From Nanobdellota archaeon (GTDB taxonomy: Archaea > Nanobdellota > Nanobdellia > Pacearchaeales > GW2011-AR1), in contig JBBSYC010000010.1 in assembly GCA_038045445.1 (NCBI GenBank), positions 1 through 53,316 of the forward strand: a stretch of DNA of 53,316 bases, given 5' to 3'. The notes beneath the pieces were generated by a model. It made no database searches, was not told the origin of the DNA, and saw only the letters and a list, made by a program, of their open reading frames with translations. Position numbers and translations under genes: made by a program. Shown in pieces: positions 1 to 8,296 of this stretch (its first letter is position 1; the number at the start of each line of letters is the position of its first letter).

Positions 1-94
1 ATACAATTAGAGATATTTATAGTTTATAAAACCTCTCTAAATAGGGTCACTCTCGTTAATAAATGTTTAGATTGTATTAACTATGTAAAAGTAA

Positions 95-499
95 CTAGGG
101 TTGTTTAAGAGGGGTCTTCTTCGCAAGTCTATAATCCAAAGTGTACCTATCAGGTCCGAAAAGAAAAACTGAAATAGTTGCCAAGGCAAGGCCAAAGTCA
201 CGAACCCCGAGAGGATTAAATCCTATCGAGAAAGCTATTCCAATCAAATGAATTCCCAAAATCAAAGAAGCAAATCTTGTATATAATCCAATTATCAAAA
301 ACATTCCTAAAACAAGTTCAACAAAACCATTCAACAAAACTATATTATTCGCAGATATTCCAGAGACCTTAAACCTTTCAGGCACAAAGCTACTCCATGA
401 ACCAGGGTCACTAAGTTGCATAAAAGCAAAATAAAGAAACACAAGCGCAAGAGAAACACGAAGTGTAACAAAACCTAATTCTTTAGAATTCATCATCAT
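95..499 (-). CDS. DoxX-family membrane protein
   Basis: Four hydrophobic segments; LRVSLALVFLYF...ELVLG...GLYTR...RDFGL pattern typical of DoxX/MauE-like proteins. Confidence 0.8.
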   Translation of the reverse strand: MMMNSKELGFVTLRVSLALVFLYFAFMQLSDPGSWSSFVPERFKVSGISANNIVLLNGFVELVLGMFLIIGLYTRFASLILGIHLIGIAFSIGFNPLGVRDFGLALATISVFLFGPDRYTLDYRLAKKTPLKQP

Positions 500-520
500 G
501 CATTTAACAAATGTAAAAGA

Positions 521-528
521 TATATAAA
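521..528. promoter_or_regulatory. Shared bidirectional TATA box (TATATAAA)
   Basis: Lies exactly 21 nt from each divergent ATG (499 on -, 550 on +). Confidence 0.6.
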
Positions 529-549
529 TTTAATCTGCAAGAAGAATAT

Positions 550-1098
550 ATGGACTCAAAGATAAACTTAATATGTTGCAACACACTAGAAGAATGGCAT
601 AACTGGCTCAAAGAAAATCACCTTAAGGAAAAGAGCATAGGAATAATAATAAACAAAAAACATACTGGAAAAGGAACAATATCTCATTTAGATTCAATGA
701 AAGAAGCAATATGTTTCGGATGGATAGACACCACAATAAAAAGGCTTGACGAAAACAAGTATATAAGACACTTTAGAAGAAGAACCGACAAAAGCACATG
801 GAGTGAAAACACATTGGGATACGCAAAAGAGCTTCTTGAACAGAATAGATTATATCCAGAAGGGTTAAAGAGATATAAAGAAGGTCTTGCGAAACCAGTT
901 TTAGACCATGGAATACCTAAGAACCCAAATACTCCAAAAGATGTAAAAAATGAAATAGAAAATAATAACTTAAAAAAAGAATTCGAGAAAATATCAAAAT
1001 CTCGTAAGAAAATGCATCTAAGATATATTCTAAAAGCTAAAACCAAAGAAACAAGAAAAAAGAGGATAGCACAATTAATTAACAGCCTAAAAAATTAA
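550..1098 (+). CDS. YdeI/OmpD-associated family protein
   Basis: W..WL..NH, EAICFGWID, S.WS..N and C-terminal AK..ETR.KRI motifs. Confidence 0.85.
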   Translation: MDSKINLICCNTLEEWHNWLKENHLKEKSIGIIINKKHTGKGTISHLDSMKEAICFGWIDTTIKRLDENKYIRHFRRRTDKSTWSENTLGYAKELLEQNRLYPEGLKRYKEGLAKPVLDHGIPKNPNTPKDVKNEIENNNLKKEFEKISKSRKKMHLRYILKAKTKETRKKRIAQLINSLKN

Positions 1099-1460
1099 TA
1101 AATCTTCTTCCACAAGCCGTAAGAAACAAACATCACCACAAGAAATACTAATGGCATAAAAGTCGCAGATATGCCCATACCCGATAAAGCAAAAGACATT
1201 GAAGCACCAACTATATCAAAAGTGAAACCTGCATAAGCCCATTCTTTGATTGTTTTCCATTTAGTCTGGATTATTGCAACAGAACCAAGAATTTTAGCGA
1301 AACCTAAAATAATATTCAGATAAAGGGGATACCCCAAACTCTCCATGACTGCATTACCTACTTCAGAGCCAACAATCCCGGAAACTCCGCTAAAAAGCAT
1401 GAATAATGCAAAAATAATCGTAACAATCCAGTAAGTTATTTTAAGTCCTTTTTTAGCCAT
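1095..1460 (-). CDS. DoxX-like membrane protein
   Basis: YWIVT, LGYP.Y, AKILG, KEWAYAGF motifs; ATG 1460 preferred over the TTG at 1478. Confidence 0.85.
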   Translation of the reverse strand: MAKKGLKITYWIVTIIFALFMLFSGVSGIVGSEVGNAVMESLGYPLYLNIILGFAKILGSVAIIQTKWKTIKEWAYAGFTFDIVGASMSFALSGMGISATFMPLVFLVVMFVSYGLWKKIY

Positions 1461-1496
1461 GAGTAAAATAAAAAACAAGTCTTTTTATATGTTTTG

Positions 1497-1832
1497 TTAA
1501 AACATTTTATAAATAAATTCAGGTAAACCATATCTCTCCCTATTAACCCTACCCAACGCTTCACGAATATCTAAGTTTCCATCATTTCCAATCACTTCAT
1601 CTCCTTCATCCACCTTGAAATTTCTATTGTAATCTGTAATAGTAATTTTTCCCCCCTCAGATCTCCCTAAGGATACTTCCTGTTTTGGATCTGCATAAAT
1701 TCTTTTAATCTCCCAATCAGTAAAACCACCCAAATCTAGTCTTCCCTTAATTCTTTCTGGTGGAAAAATAGTCAGAGCAGTAAATAAAGTAGCTATTAGC
1801 CCTAATCCTAGGGGTATTTTTCTCGAACTCAT
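1497..1832 (-). CDS. Hypothetical protein with N-terminal hydrophobic anchor
   Basis: Uninterrupted ORF filling the gap; no family recognised. Confidence 0.55.
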   Translation of the reverse strand: MSSRKIPLGLGLIATLFTALTIFPPERIKGRLDLGGFTDWEIKRIYADPKQEVSLGRSEGGKITITDYNRNFKVDEGDEVIGNDGNLDIREALGRVNRERYGLPEFIYKMF

Positions 1833-1946
1833 AAATCCCCCAAAAAGCAATTCTTTTTATAATTTACTAAATAAGAAATTAATGTAAACAACTTAGGCAA
1901 ATTATTCACTGCTTATTATATCTGAGTCACCGTAATAGAAAACTAA

Positions 1947-2099
1947 TCAGTCAGGCAAATCTTCAAACTTTACTTTCCATTGATTTTCCCACATCTTTTT
2001 CTTCTTAGCACTACATTTAGGGCAGTATTTTCTTGGAAATCTAGCATTTAAGGGAGCCTCAAATTCCTTCTTGCAATTAAAGCATTTCTGTTTAGCCAT
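1947..2099 (-). CDS. 50-aa zinc-ribbon protein (absent from the ORF track)
   Basis: Hand translation MAKQKCFNCKKEFEAPLNARFPRKYCPKCSAKKKKMWENQWKVKFEDLPD*; two CxxC pairs; TATA-like TTTATAT about 22-28 nt upstream. Confidence 0.75.
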   Translation of the reverse strand: MAKQKCFNCKKEFEAPLNARFPRKYCPKCSAKKKKMWENQWKVKFEDLPD

Positions 2100-2130
2100 A
2101 AATAACAAAGGAATCAGTGATATATAAATG

Positions 2131-2525
2131 AGTTACCCTTTGAAATTATCTATGTAAAACCCATTTTCATTCATAAGCATCTTGTAAATTCATAATGTTT
2201 TACACCTTTCATTTTATTTCCATTAGACAATCCAGGCCATTTCACAATTCTTTTGATAGTTGATTCAGACCTAAAAATCTCTTTCCCCCATTGTTTAATT
2301 GGTTTCACAGGTCTTCCTACTTTCCCCCCAAGAAATGGAATCTCACCAGTTGTTAAATATTCTTTCCATATCTGGTCAACTCTTCTCACAGAAACCTTTG
2401 CTTCTCTTCTTGACTGATAACTAGATTTACCCTCGGCTTTCAGCCGAAGAGCCTCGAGGAGACTCTTTTTAGTGAATTTCCTCTCCTCGTTTATTTTGTT
2501 GTTAAGAACTAATTTTCGGATAACA
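2131..2525 (-). mobile_element. Degenerate, internally deleted IS481-like insertion sequence remnant
   Basis: The 2171..2389 frame extends upstream as KFTKKSLLEALRLKAEGKSSYQSRREAKVSVRRVDQIWKEY...GRP, resembling the N-terminal HTH of archaeal IS481-like transposases. No ATG (GAGGAG-AGG-AAA) and no DDE domain. Candidate end TGTTATCCGAAAATTAGTTC at 2525-2506; only a weak partner near 2131-2150. Confidence 0.55.
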
Positions 2526-2591
2526 CATCTCCAAATAAAAACATATATTTATATACCCTAAAAAAAACACATACTTATAGGAGAAACATAA

Positions 2592-2783
2592 ATGAAAGGT
2601 AAAATAAAGTTCTTTAATGAAATGAAAGGTTTCGGATTCGTCACAGGAGAAGACGGAAAAGACTATTTCATCCATAGCACCGGCATTGAAAGCAACGCAT
2701 CTCTAAACAAAGACGATGAAGTTACATTCGAAGTAGAAACCGGTGATAAAGGCCTAAAAGCTGTAAAAGTCAAGAAAGCTTAA
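2592..2783 (+). CDS. cspA: Cold-shock domain protein
   Basis: KGKIKFFN..KGFGFV (RNP1) and DYFIH (RNP2); AGGAG ribosome-binding site upstream. Confidence 0.95.
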   Translation: MKGKIKFFNEMKGFGFVTGEDGKDYFIHSTGIESNASLNKDDEVTFEVETGDKGLKAVKVKKA

Positions 2784-2886
2784 TTAGTAAGATTTTTCTT
2801 TTTGTTATCTGAGATATAATATACTTGTATAGTGTAACGCTCGGACCACACCAGAGGCACTTATCCCACGCTGGGAGGAAAAATTG

Positions 2887-3558
2887 CTAATTTTTGGACT
2901 TATTTTTCTTTTTAGCTTTCTCTTTAACTTGTTTAGTGAATAACTTCCAGATTTTATCAGTTATAGATTTTGGAACAAAGATCATTTTTTGATTAATTAG
3001 TTTCTCAAGTTTTTCTCCTAGCCCCAAAATAACAGTCTCATTTCCTAATCGGACCTGTTCTTTTGATTCTTCTACAATGTTATTCCAGTTAATTCTGCTT
3101 TTGTTAACGATCGAAATAATGTCCTCCAAATCCTTGTCTCGTGAGGTAACACTTTTCATGATAAGAATATCGCTTGGATCTGCAATTTTTATGATAAGAT
3201 TGCCAAATTCATGTGTTTGTTTAGTTCGTTCCTTCATTCCATCAGAGAAAGTTGAGGTAATTATCTTATCCATAAACATATCAAAACGGCAATTGTTAAA
3301 CTCAAGCATAAGCGGAGTATTGCTTTTCAAACCATAAACTAGGGTTACGTCAGATTCTTTAGCCCCAAGTTTTCTCAACACATTCATAAATTCTTCTCTA
3401 TCACTCTTTTTATTGAATACCAAATCAATATCTAATGTAGCATTTTTAATTCCCATAAACATCATAGCAGTTCCGCCTATAGCATAAACAGACATTTTCT
3501 TAGGAAGTGTCCTACCTATCGCAATTAGCATATCTTCTTGCTGTTGTACATCAATCAT
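2887..3558 (-). CDS. Nucleotidyltransferase-fold protein (DUF6036/AbiEii-like putative toxin)
   Basis: IGGTAM...T.DIDLV and D.LIMK...R.KD..DI motifs; 4-nt overlap with the upstream gene. Confidence 0.75.
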   Translation of the reverse strand: MIDVQQQEDMLIAIGRTLPKKMSVYAIGGTAMMFMGIKNATLDIDLVFNKKSDREEFMNVLRKLGAKESDVTLVYGLKSNTPLMLEFNNCRFDMFMDKIITSTFSDGMKERTKQTHEFGNLIIKIADPSDILIMKSVTSRDKDLEDIISIVNKSRINWNNIVEESKEQVRLGNETVILGLGEKLEKLINQKMIFVPKSITDKIWKLFTKQVKEKAKKKNKSKN

Positions 3559-4208
3559 CTTGTATACTCCTCAAGGTCTGCACGATTTAATGGAATATAA
3601 ACTTTCCATTTCTTTTCAACATCTTTAAAATCATCAGAAGAAATACCCTGAACAATGTAGCGAAATTGATTGGTCTTTCTCTTTTTTGCTAAATTGAGAA
3701 ATCTTTTAGGCATTCGTTTTATCTTTTTTACAATTTTTCTTGCAGTCTCATAGAGAGCAACTACCTCACTAACTAAATCATCTTTTTTAGCTAGATTATA
3801 CAATAAATTCCAATCAGATATCTTTCTAAATAATATCAACGAAGCGATAAGATATCTAACATCTTTTTGCTTTATGGCATAAATAAGAGCTTCCTCATAA
3901 GAGGGTGTTCTGTCATGAACATAATAATCATTAGGAGGGGCAACTATGGCATAACTAACAGTAGGTGAAGCTTTACTTATCCATTGAGTATAACTTATGC
4001 CTTTTTGCTTATTCTTGAGAGAGATATTGTACAATCTTTTTTTACCTGCTTCATAACTAGTTTTAACATATCCTAATTTTCTTAATCTATGAATAACATA
4101 AATTGCTTTAGATCTCTCTATCTTTAATCTATTTTCAAAAGTCTCTAAAGTATAGATTCCTTGCAATGATTCTGCCAATTTTTCATACTTATTACTTCCC
4201 TTTATCAT
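3555..4208 (-). CDS. Basic wHTH-like protein, putative AbiEi-like partner
   Basis: N-terminal helix-turn-helix/wing-like segment (AIYVIHRLRKLGYV); translationally coupled to the nucleotidyltransferase. Confidence 0.55.
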   Translation of the reverse strand: MIKGSNKYEKLAESLQGIYTLETFENRLKIERSKAIYVIHRLRKLGYVKTSYEAGKKRLYNISLKNKQKGISYTQWISKASPTVSYAIVAPPNDYYVHDRTPSYEEALIYAIKQKDVRYLIASLILFRKISDWNLLYNLAKKDDLVSEVVALYETARKIVKKIKRMPKRFLNLAKKRKTNQFRYIVQGISSDDFKDVEKKWKVYIPLNRADLEEYTR

Positions 4209-4287
4209 TATTAAATGTATAAGGTTTAATATATAAACCTTACTATTTTAAGTTTAATTATTAAATGTATAACTAATAATATATAAA
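4207..4287. repeat. 50-bp-period direct repeat with an internal palindrome in the promoter
   Basis: ATTATTAAATGTATAA-N4-TAATATATAAA starts at 4207 and 4257; AAGGTTTA-N5-TAAACCTT at 4221-4241. Confidence 0.7.
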
Positions 4288-4389
4288 TAACGTCATATAT
4301 TACTCTTTTCATTGTATAAAATAATGAATATTTAATTTTTTTAGACTTTCCTATACCCACTTTATATTCAAAAGGTTAATACCATAAAA

Positions 4390-4414
4390 CCTAACTTCCG
4401 ACGAGGGAGCTAGG
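4390..4414 (-). terminator. Hairpin followed by a T-run downstream of tRNA-Ser
   Basis: CCTAGCTCCC-tcgtc-GGAAGTTAGG then TTTT on the minus strand. Confidence 0.4.
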
Positions 4415-4432
4415 TGTTACAGGTGTGTGAGA

Positions 4433-4514
4433 CGCCCGAACCAGGAATCGAACCTGGAAATCCGTAAGGAAATCGGTTTTCGAAACCGACGCAGTACCAT
4501 TGTGCCATCCGGGC
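4433..4514 (-). tRNA. tRNA-Ser(CGA)
   Basis: Acceptor GCCCGGA/TTCGGGC, discriminator G, anticodon arm TCGGT-TTCGAAA-ACCGA, long variable arm, GGTTCGATTCC T-arm; CCA not encoded. Confidence 0.95.
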
Positions 4515-4563
4515 CTTTATGCTTATGCAACAAAGACAATCATCAATTTTTAAGTCTTGACAA

Positions 4564-4815
4564 TTACTTTCCCCATCTCCACCTAGGCTTCTCACCTGTT
4601 TTATAACAAATAAAAATCAAAACCAACGATAATATAACAAAAGGAACAAAAATACCTATAAGTGTGTCACTTACAGAATTAGACCTAATATCTGTAGCCA
4701 CAAAAACAAGTAAAACTAAAAGAACATAAACTGCTAGAATTAAACAGCCTTGCCATGTGCAAGGATACCATCCATAACCATATCTCTTAGCCTTAAACCA
4801 AAGTCGTCTGGCCAT
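4564..4815 (-). CDS. Small two-TM membrane protein
   Basis: WFKAKRYGYGWYP..WQG N-terminus, two hydrophobic helices, GEKPRWRWG C-terminus. Confidence 0.75.
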   Translation of the reverse strand: MARRLWFKAKRYGYGWYPCTWQGCLILAVYVLLVLLVFVATDIRSNSVSDTLIGIFVPFVILSLVLIFICYKTGEKPRWRWGK

Positions 4816-4863
4816 TCTTAAACCAGCAGTTAGACTTTTAAATACTTGATTGTTAAGAAGAAC

Positions 4864-5316
4864 ATGAAAATAAAAAGAGGGATACTTATAGGATTAGTCT
4901 TATACTTTGCAAGTCTAATAATAAATGTAATCTTAACAATTACCTCTAAAATAAACCTTGGTCAAAGTCAAAGCATCTCAACAACTTACTGGGTAATAAT
5001 AATAGTCACAACGGTAATCTTGACAGGACTGGCAAGCATATGGTATTTCAACAAAGCAAATAGAAATGCAAAAGAAGGATTGAAGCTTGGAATAACTTTT
5101 GTCATTGTGGGGTTCATAATAGACCTTTTGTTCTTCCTAACTCAATCAGGAGGAATCCAAGTAATGAAAGAATACTATACAAATCTCTCAATTTATCTTG
5201 TTTTGATTCTGGTTGTCGCAACTTGTATATTCATTGGGTCAAGAAACAACACCCATGGAAGACATTCAGTTAAAAATCCAAAGATGAAAAGCAAATCAAG
5301 AAAAAATAAAAAGTAA
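4864..5316 (+). CDS. Four-TM hypothetical membrane protein
   Basis: Hydrophobic helices and a basic tail; ATG 4864 is symmetric with ATG 4815 around TTTTAAAT (4836-4843). Confidence 0.7.
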   Translation: MKIKRGILIGLVLYFASLIINVILTITSKINLGQSQSISTTYWVIIIVTTVILTGLASIWYFNKANRNAKEGLKLGITFVIVGFIIDLLFFLTQSGGIQVMKEYYTNLSIYLVLILVVATCIFIGSRNNTHGRHSVKNPKMKSKSRKNKK

Positions 5317-5319
5317 AAC

Positions 5320-5562
5320 CTAAGCTACTCTGGCCCTATAAGAATCATCATTTGAGGAAGCATAAATTTCTCCCCTAGAAATGTAGGGTATAATGCTCTC
5401 TCTCTTTCTCGCCAATTCATCATATATGTCAAATGTTTGCATTCCCATCCTAACTGCAGAATCCTGTGGAAAATATTTAGATGGTCTATAAGGAAGTGTA
5501 TACTTTCTATCATTTCCTCCTTCGGAGACATCTGCAACTGGAATGAGATTTAGAGATTCCAT
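5320..5562 (-). CDS. Hypothetical protein
   Basis: ATG with a TATA-like element upstream; no family recognised. Confidence 0.45.
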   Translation of the reverse strand: MESLNLIPVADVSEGGNDRKYTLPYRPSKYFPQDSAVRMGMQTFDIYDELARKRESIIPYISRGEIYASSNDDSYRARVA

Positions 5563-5662
5563 GAAAAACTGATAAATAAGGATTTAATAATTTTACTATT
5601 ATAGATTCTGTGGATTGTGTCGGGCGATAACATTTAAAAGACACAATTCTAAAGATAAATAA

Positions 5663-5818
5663 CCTCCGATAGCTCAACGGTAGAGCGCGCGGCTGTAGGA
5701 TAGCGCAGACATTTCCCTTCCTTGGGAAAAAGTATGAAGCGCAATAAGAATGGTTTCGTTAGAAATCATTGGTTCATGTAGAACCCGCGTTACCCAAGTT
5801 CGACTCTTGGTCGGGGGA
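5663..5818 (+). tRNA. tRNA-Tyr(GTA) with an 85-nt intron (5699-5783)
   Basis: Acceptor CCTCCGA/TCGGGGG (C1-G72), anticodon GTA at 5695-5697, stem CGCGG/CCGCG, T-arm CCAAG-TTCGACT-CTTGG. BHB motif: CTGT/GTAG helix between bulges AG^G and AA^C, at the canonical 37/38 position. Confidence 0.92.
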
Positions 5819-6008
5819 TAGAACCTTTGTATTCGATTGAGAATAAATTTGGAAATTAGAATAGGCCACGAAATTTTAACTTTGCTTGAATTAGGAGAAT
5901 CAACAAAATGAGAAATTCTAATCTCAATTCAGGAAGAATCTATAAAGTTTTAATATCGTTTGAAAAAAAGATTAGTTAGTTTTATTGTATAAAAAAAGGC
6001 AAAATTAT

Positions 6009-6488
6009 TTAATTGCCACCAGGTGGTGCAGACGGAGTACACTTGCCAGTATATAATGATGCGCCTCCAAATGCAGTACATGTCCACGTATTGGAATTAA
6101 TTTGATTACATGCATCTACATGAACATCACATTCATAATAATCAATTGTTGCATCAACATCAGGGCTACATTGCAAACCTTCAGAAGTTAGTTGAAAGCA
6201 TTGTTGAGTGAGATCGGTTGTTAGTTGGGTTACACATTGCTCAAATGCGGCTAGTGCTGATGCCTGATTAGATACACAATTATCAATTGCATTTTGTTTT
6301 GCTTGTTCTCTTGTGCTACCTGATCCGGTCCCTGTAATACCTCCCGTGTTGCATGTATAATAACCCGGGCATGTAATCGTAGTACCTTCAGCTATAACTG
6401 GTTGCCCTTGAAACTGTAAAACTGCTATTATAAATAGAATAGTTAAAAAAATGAATGTAGTGGATTTGTAGAAAGTTGATTTTTTCAT
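6009..6488 (-). CDS. Secreted or anchored Cys-rich protein
   Basis: N-terminal hydrophobic helix from MKKSTF, then 10 Cys in a Thr/Gln/Gly-rich domain. Confidence 0.7.
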   Translation of the reverse strand: MKKSTFYKSTTFIFLTILFIIAVLQFQGQPVIAEGTTITCPGYYTCNTGGITGTGSGSTREQAKQNAIDNCVSNQASALAAFEQCVTQLTTDLTQQCFQLTSEGLQCSPDVDATIDYYECDVHVDACNQINSNTWTCTAFGGASLYTGKCTPSAPPGGN

Positions 6489-6627
6489 AAAAAAGAAATA
6501 CTGTAATCTATTTATATAGATAAGTGTTCTCAGAAATAGATGTTGAAAGATAATAAGAAGAAAGCAACTTTGACATAATATAATGCTCAAGACAATAATT
6601 TAAATCCTCAAATAACTAAAATAAAAC

Positions 6628-7386
6628 ATGCTAATCGATGTCCACTGCCACCTTGACAAGTTAATTGATGAAGGTATTTCAGCAGAAAAAGCAATAAAAA
6701 ACGCCAAGGCAAAAGGCGTAGAAAAAATAGTTGTAAACGGAACAACCCATGAACAAAACATCATAATATTGGAATTAGCAAAAAAACATAAAGAAGTTTT
6801 GCCAGCCTTAGGAATCTATCCCTTAGATGCACTTAAACTATCAGAAAAAGAAATAGATAAAGAAATAGATTTTATAATAGAAAATAAAAAAGGTATCGTG
6901 GCAATAGGTGAAGTAGGTTTAGACTTAAAAGAAGAAGAGTTACATAAAACATTAGACAAACAAAAAGCAAACCTCACAAAATTTGTAAATCTGGCAATTA
7001 AATTAAACAAACCAGTAATAGTTCATTCAAGAAAAGCAGAGCTACATACGATAGAACTATTAGAATCATTAAATGCAAAAAAAGTAATCATGCACTGTTT
7101 TTCTGGGAAAATGTCTTTAGTAGACAGAATTGTAAAAAACAATTGGTTTTTATCTATACCCTCAAATATACATTACTCAGAGCAATTTCAAGATGTAGTC
7201 AAAAGAGTTCCAATTCAAAATCTTCTATGTGAAACAGACACCCCTTATCTTCATCCATTAAAAGAGTGGCCAAATGAACCTGCAAATGTCATTTACAGTT
7301 ATAAAAAAATAGCCGAAATAAAAAAGATTCAAGTAAAAGAAGTAGAAAAACAAATAGAAGACAATTTCGATAAACTATTCAAATAG
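6628..7386 (+). CDS. tatD: TatD-family deoxyribonuclease
   Basis: DVHCH, AIGEVGLD, VHSRKA, MHCFSG, ETDTPY, NEP motifs. Confidence 0.95.
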   Translation: MLIDVHCHLDKLIDEGISAEKAIKNAKAKGVEKIVVNGTTHEQNIIILELAKKHKEVLPALGIYPLDALKLSEKEIDKEIDFIIENKKGIVAIGEVGLDLKEEELHKTLDKQKANLTKFVNLAIKLNKPVIVHSRKAELHTIELLESLNAKKVIMHCFSGKMSLVDRIVKNNWFLSIPSNIHYSEQFQDVVKRVPIQNLLCETDTPYLHPLKEWPNEPANVIYSYKKIAEIKKIQVKEVEKQIEDNFDKLFK

Positions 7387-7416
7387 TTTTATTAACTAAA
7401 ATAGGTAATAGTAATC

Positions 7417-7680
7417 ATGGATGGGGTGATGGTTATAGGATGGATAGGAGCATTCATGCTTATATTAGCATATTTTCTTTTAATCCATAAGAATCTTACA
7501 AGTAGGTCAAGGAGATATCAAGCCCTTAATGTCGTAGGTTCTCTTCTCTTAGCGATAAACACTCTCACAACAAAAGCATATCCCTCTTTCATTACAAACA
7601 TAATATGGTTTCTAATAGGACTGTATGGTATTTTCCATATAGTAAAACATCACAAACTGCATAAGTCAAAAAAGAGATGA
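7417..7680 (+). CDS. Small three-TM membrane protein (CBU_0592-like)
   Basis: IGWIGA..LILAY, YQALN..GS..L, N.IW..IG pattern. Confidence 0.7.
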   Translation: MDGVMVIGWIGAFMLILAYFLLIHKNLTSRSRRYQALNVVGSLLLAINTLTTKAYPSFITNIIWFLIGLYGIFHIVKHHKLHKSKKR

Positions 7681-8282
7681 ATAAAAATAGAATACTTAAC
7701 ACAATAGGTTTGGTATTTCTCATTTGGGGAACTGCAGCTATAATTGATAATATCCTTCATATAGACGAAGGTATTGCCCCAATTTTGTGGATAAGTTATA
7801 TCTCATTGATTATTTTAGCAATAGGTCTTTTTAAGAAAAATAGTGGGTTGATAGCAAGCCAAATAGCAATAATAGGAATCCCCTATTTGATATGGAACTC
7901 TGATTTTTTTTATCATTTATTCACATCAAAAAGCTTGTTTGGAATAACAGACTACTTCTTTGAGTTAAACAATCTTGTCGCAATAGAAAAAATAATAAGT
8001 TTCCAGCATATATTTAACATTCCATTGAGTCTATGGGCATTGCATTTGATAGGCTTGAAAAAAAACAATTTCTGGATAGTAAGCATAGTTCAAATTGCGT
8101 TTGTATTCATAATAACAAGGACAGTCACAAACTACGAAGAAAATGTAAATTGCGTATATAGAAACTGCGCAGGATTCACCTTTGGAATCCCTTATATAAT
8201 CGAATGGTTTACGGCTTACATTCTTATGATCTCAATAACCAGTTGGTTTCTGGTTAAAATATTTAAAAAAAGAGAAAAATAA
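7677..8282 (+). CDS. Hypothetical integral membrane protein
   Basis: About six TM segments with a NVNCVY..C loop; ATGA overlap with the previous gene. Confidence 0.75.
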   Translation: MNKNRILNTIGLVFLIWGTAAIIDNILHIDEGIAPILWISYISLIILAIGLFKKNSGLIASQIAIIGIPYLIWNSDFFYHLFTSKSLFGITDYFFELNNLVAIEKIISFQHIFNIPLSLWALHLIGLKKNNFWIVSIVQIAFVFIITRTVTNYEENVNCVYRNCAGFTFGIPYIIEWFTAYILMISITSWFLVKIFKKREK

Positions 8283-8296
8283 AAAATCTATTAAAT

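Noticed and set aside
2803-2820. TGTTATCTGAGA as another IS end
   Set aside because: Only about 7 contiguous matches, and it faces away from the remnant.
4405-4414. GGGAGCTAGG identical to the tRNA-Leu repeat core, downstream of tRNA-Ser
   Set aside because: Only 10 nt, explained as one arm of a local hairpin, with no P1/P2 structure.
4410-4595. 61-aa ORF
   Set aside because: It overlies tRNA-Ser and is spurious.
5883-5934. Imperfect inverted repeat after tRNA-Tyr
   Set aside because: Short, AT-rich and mismatched; cannot be told from chance.
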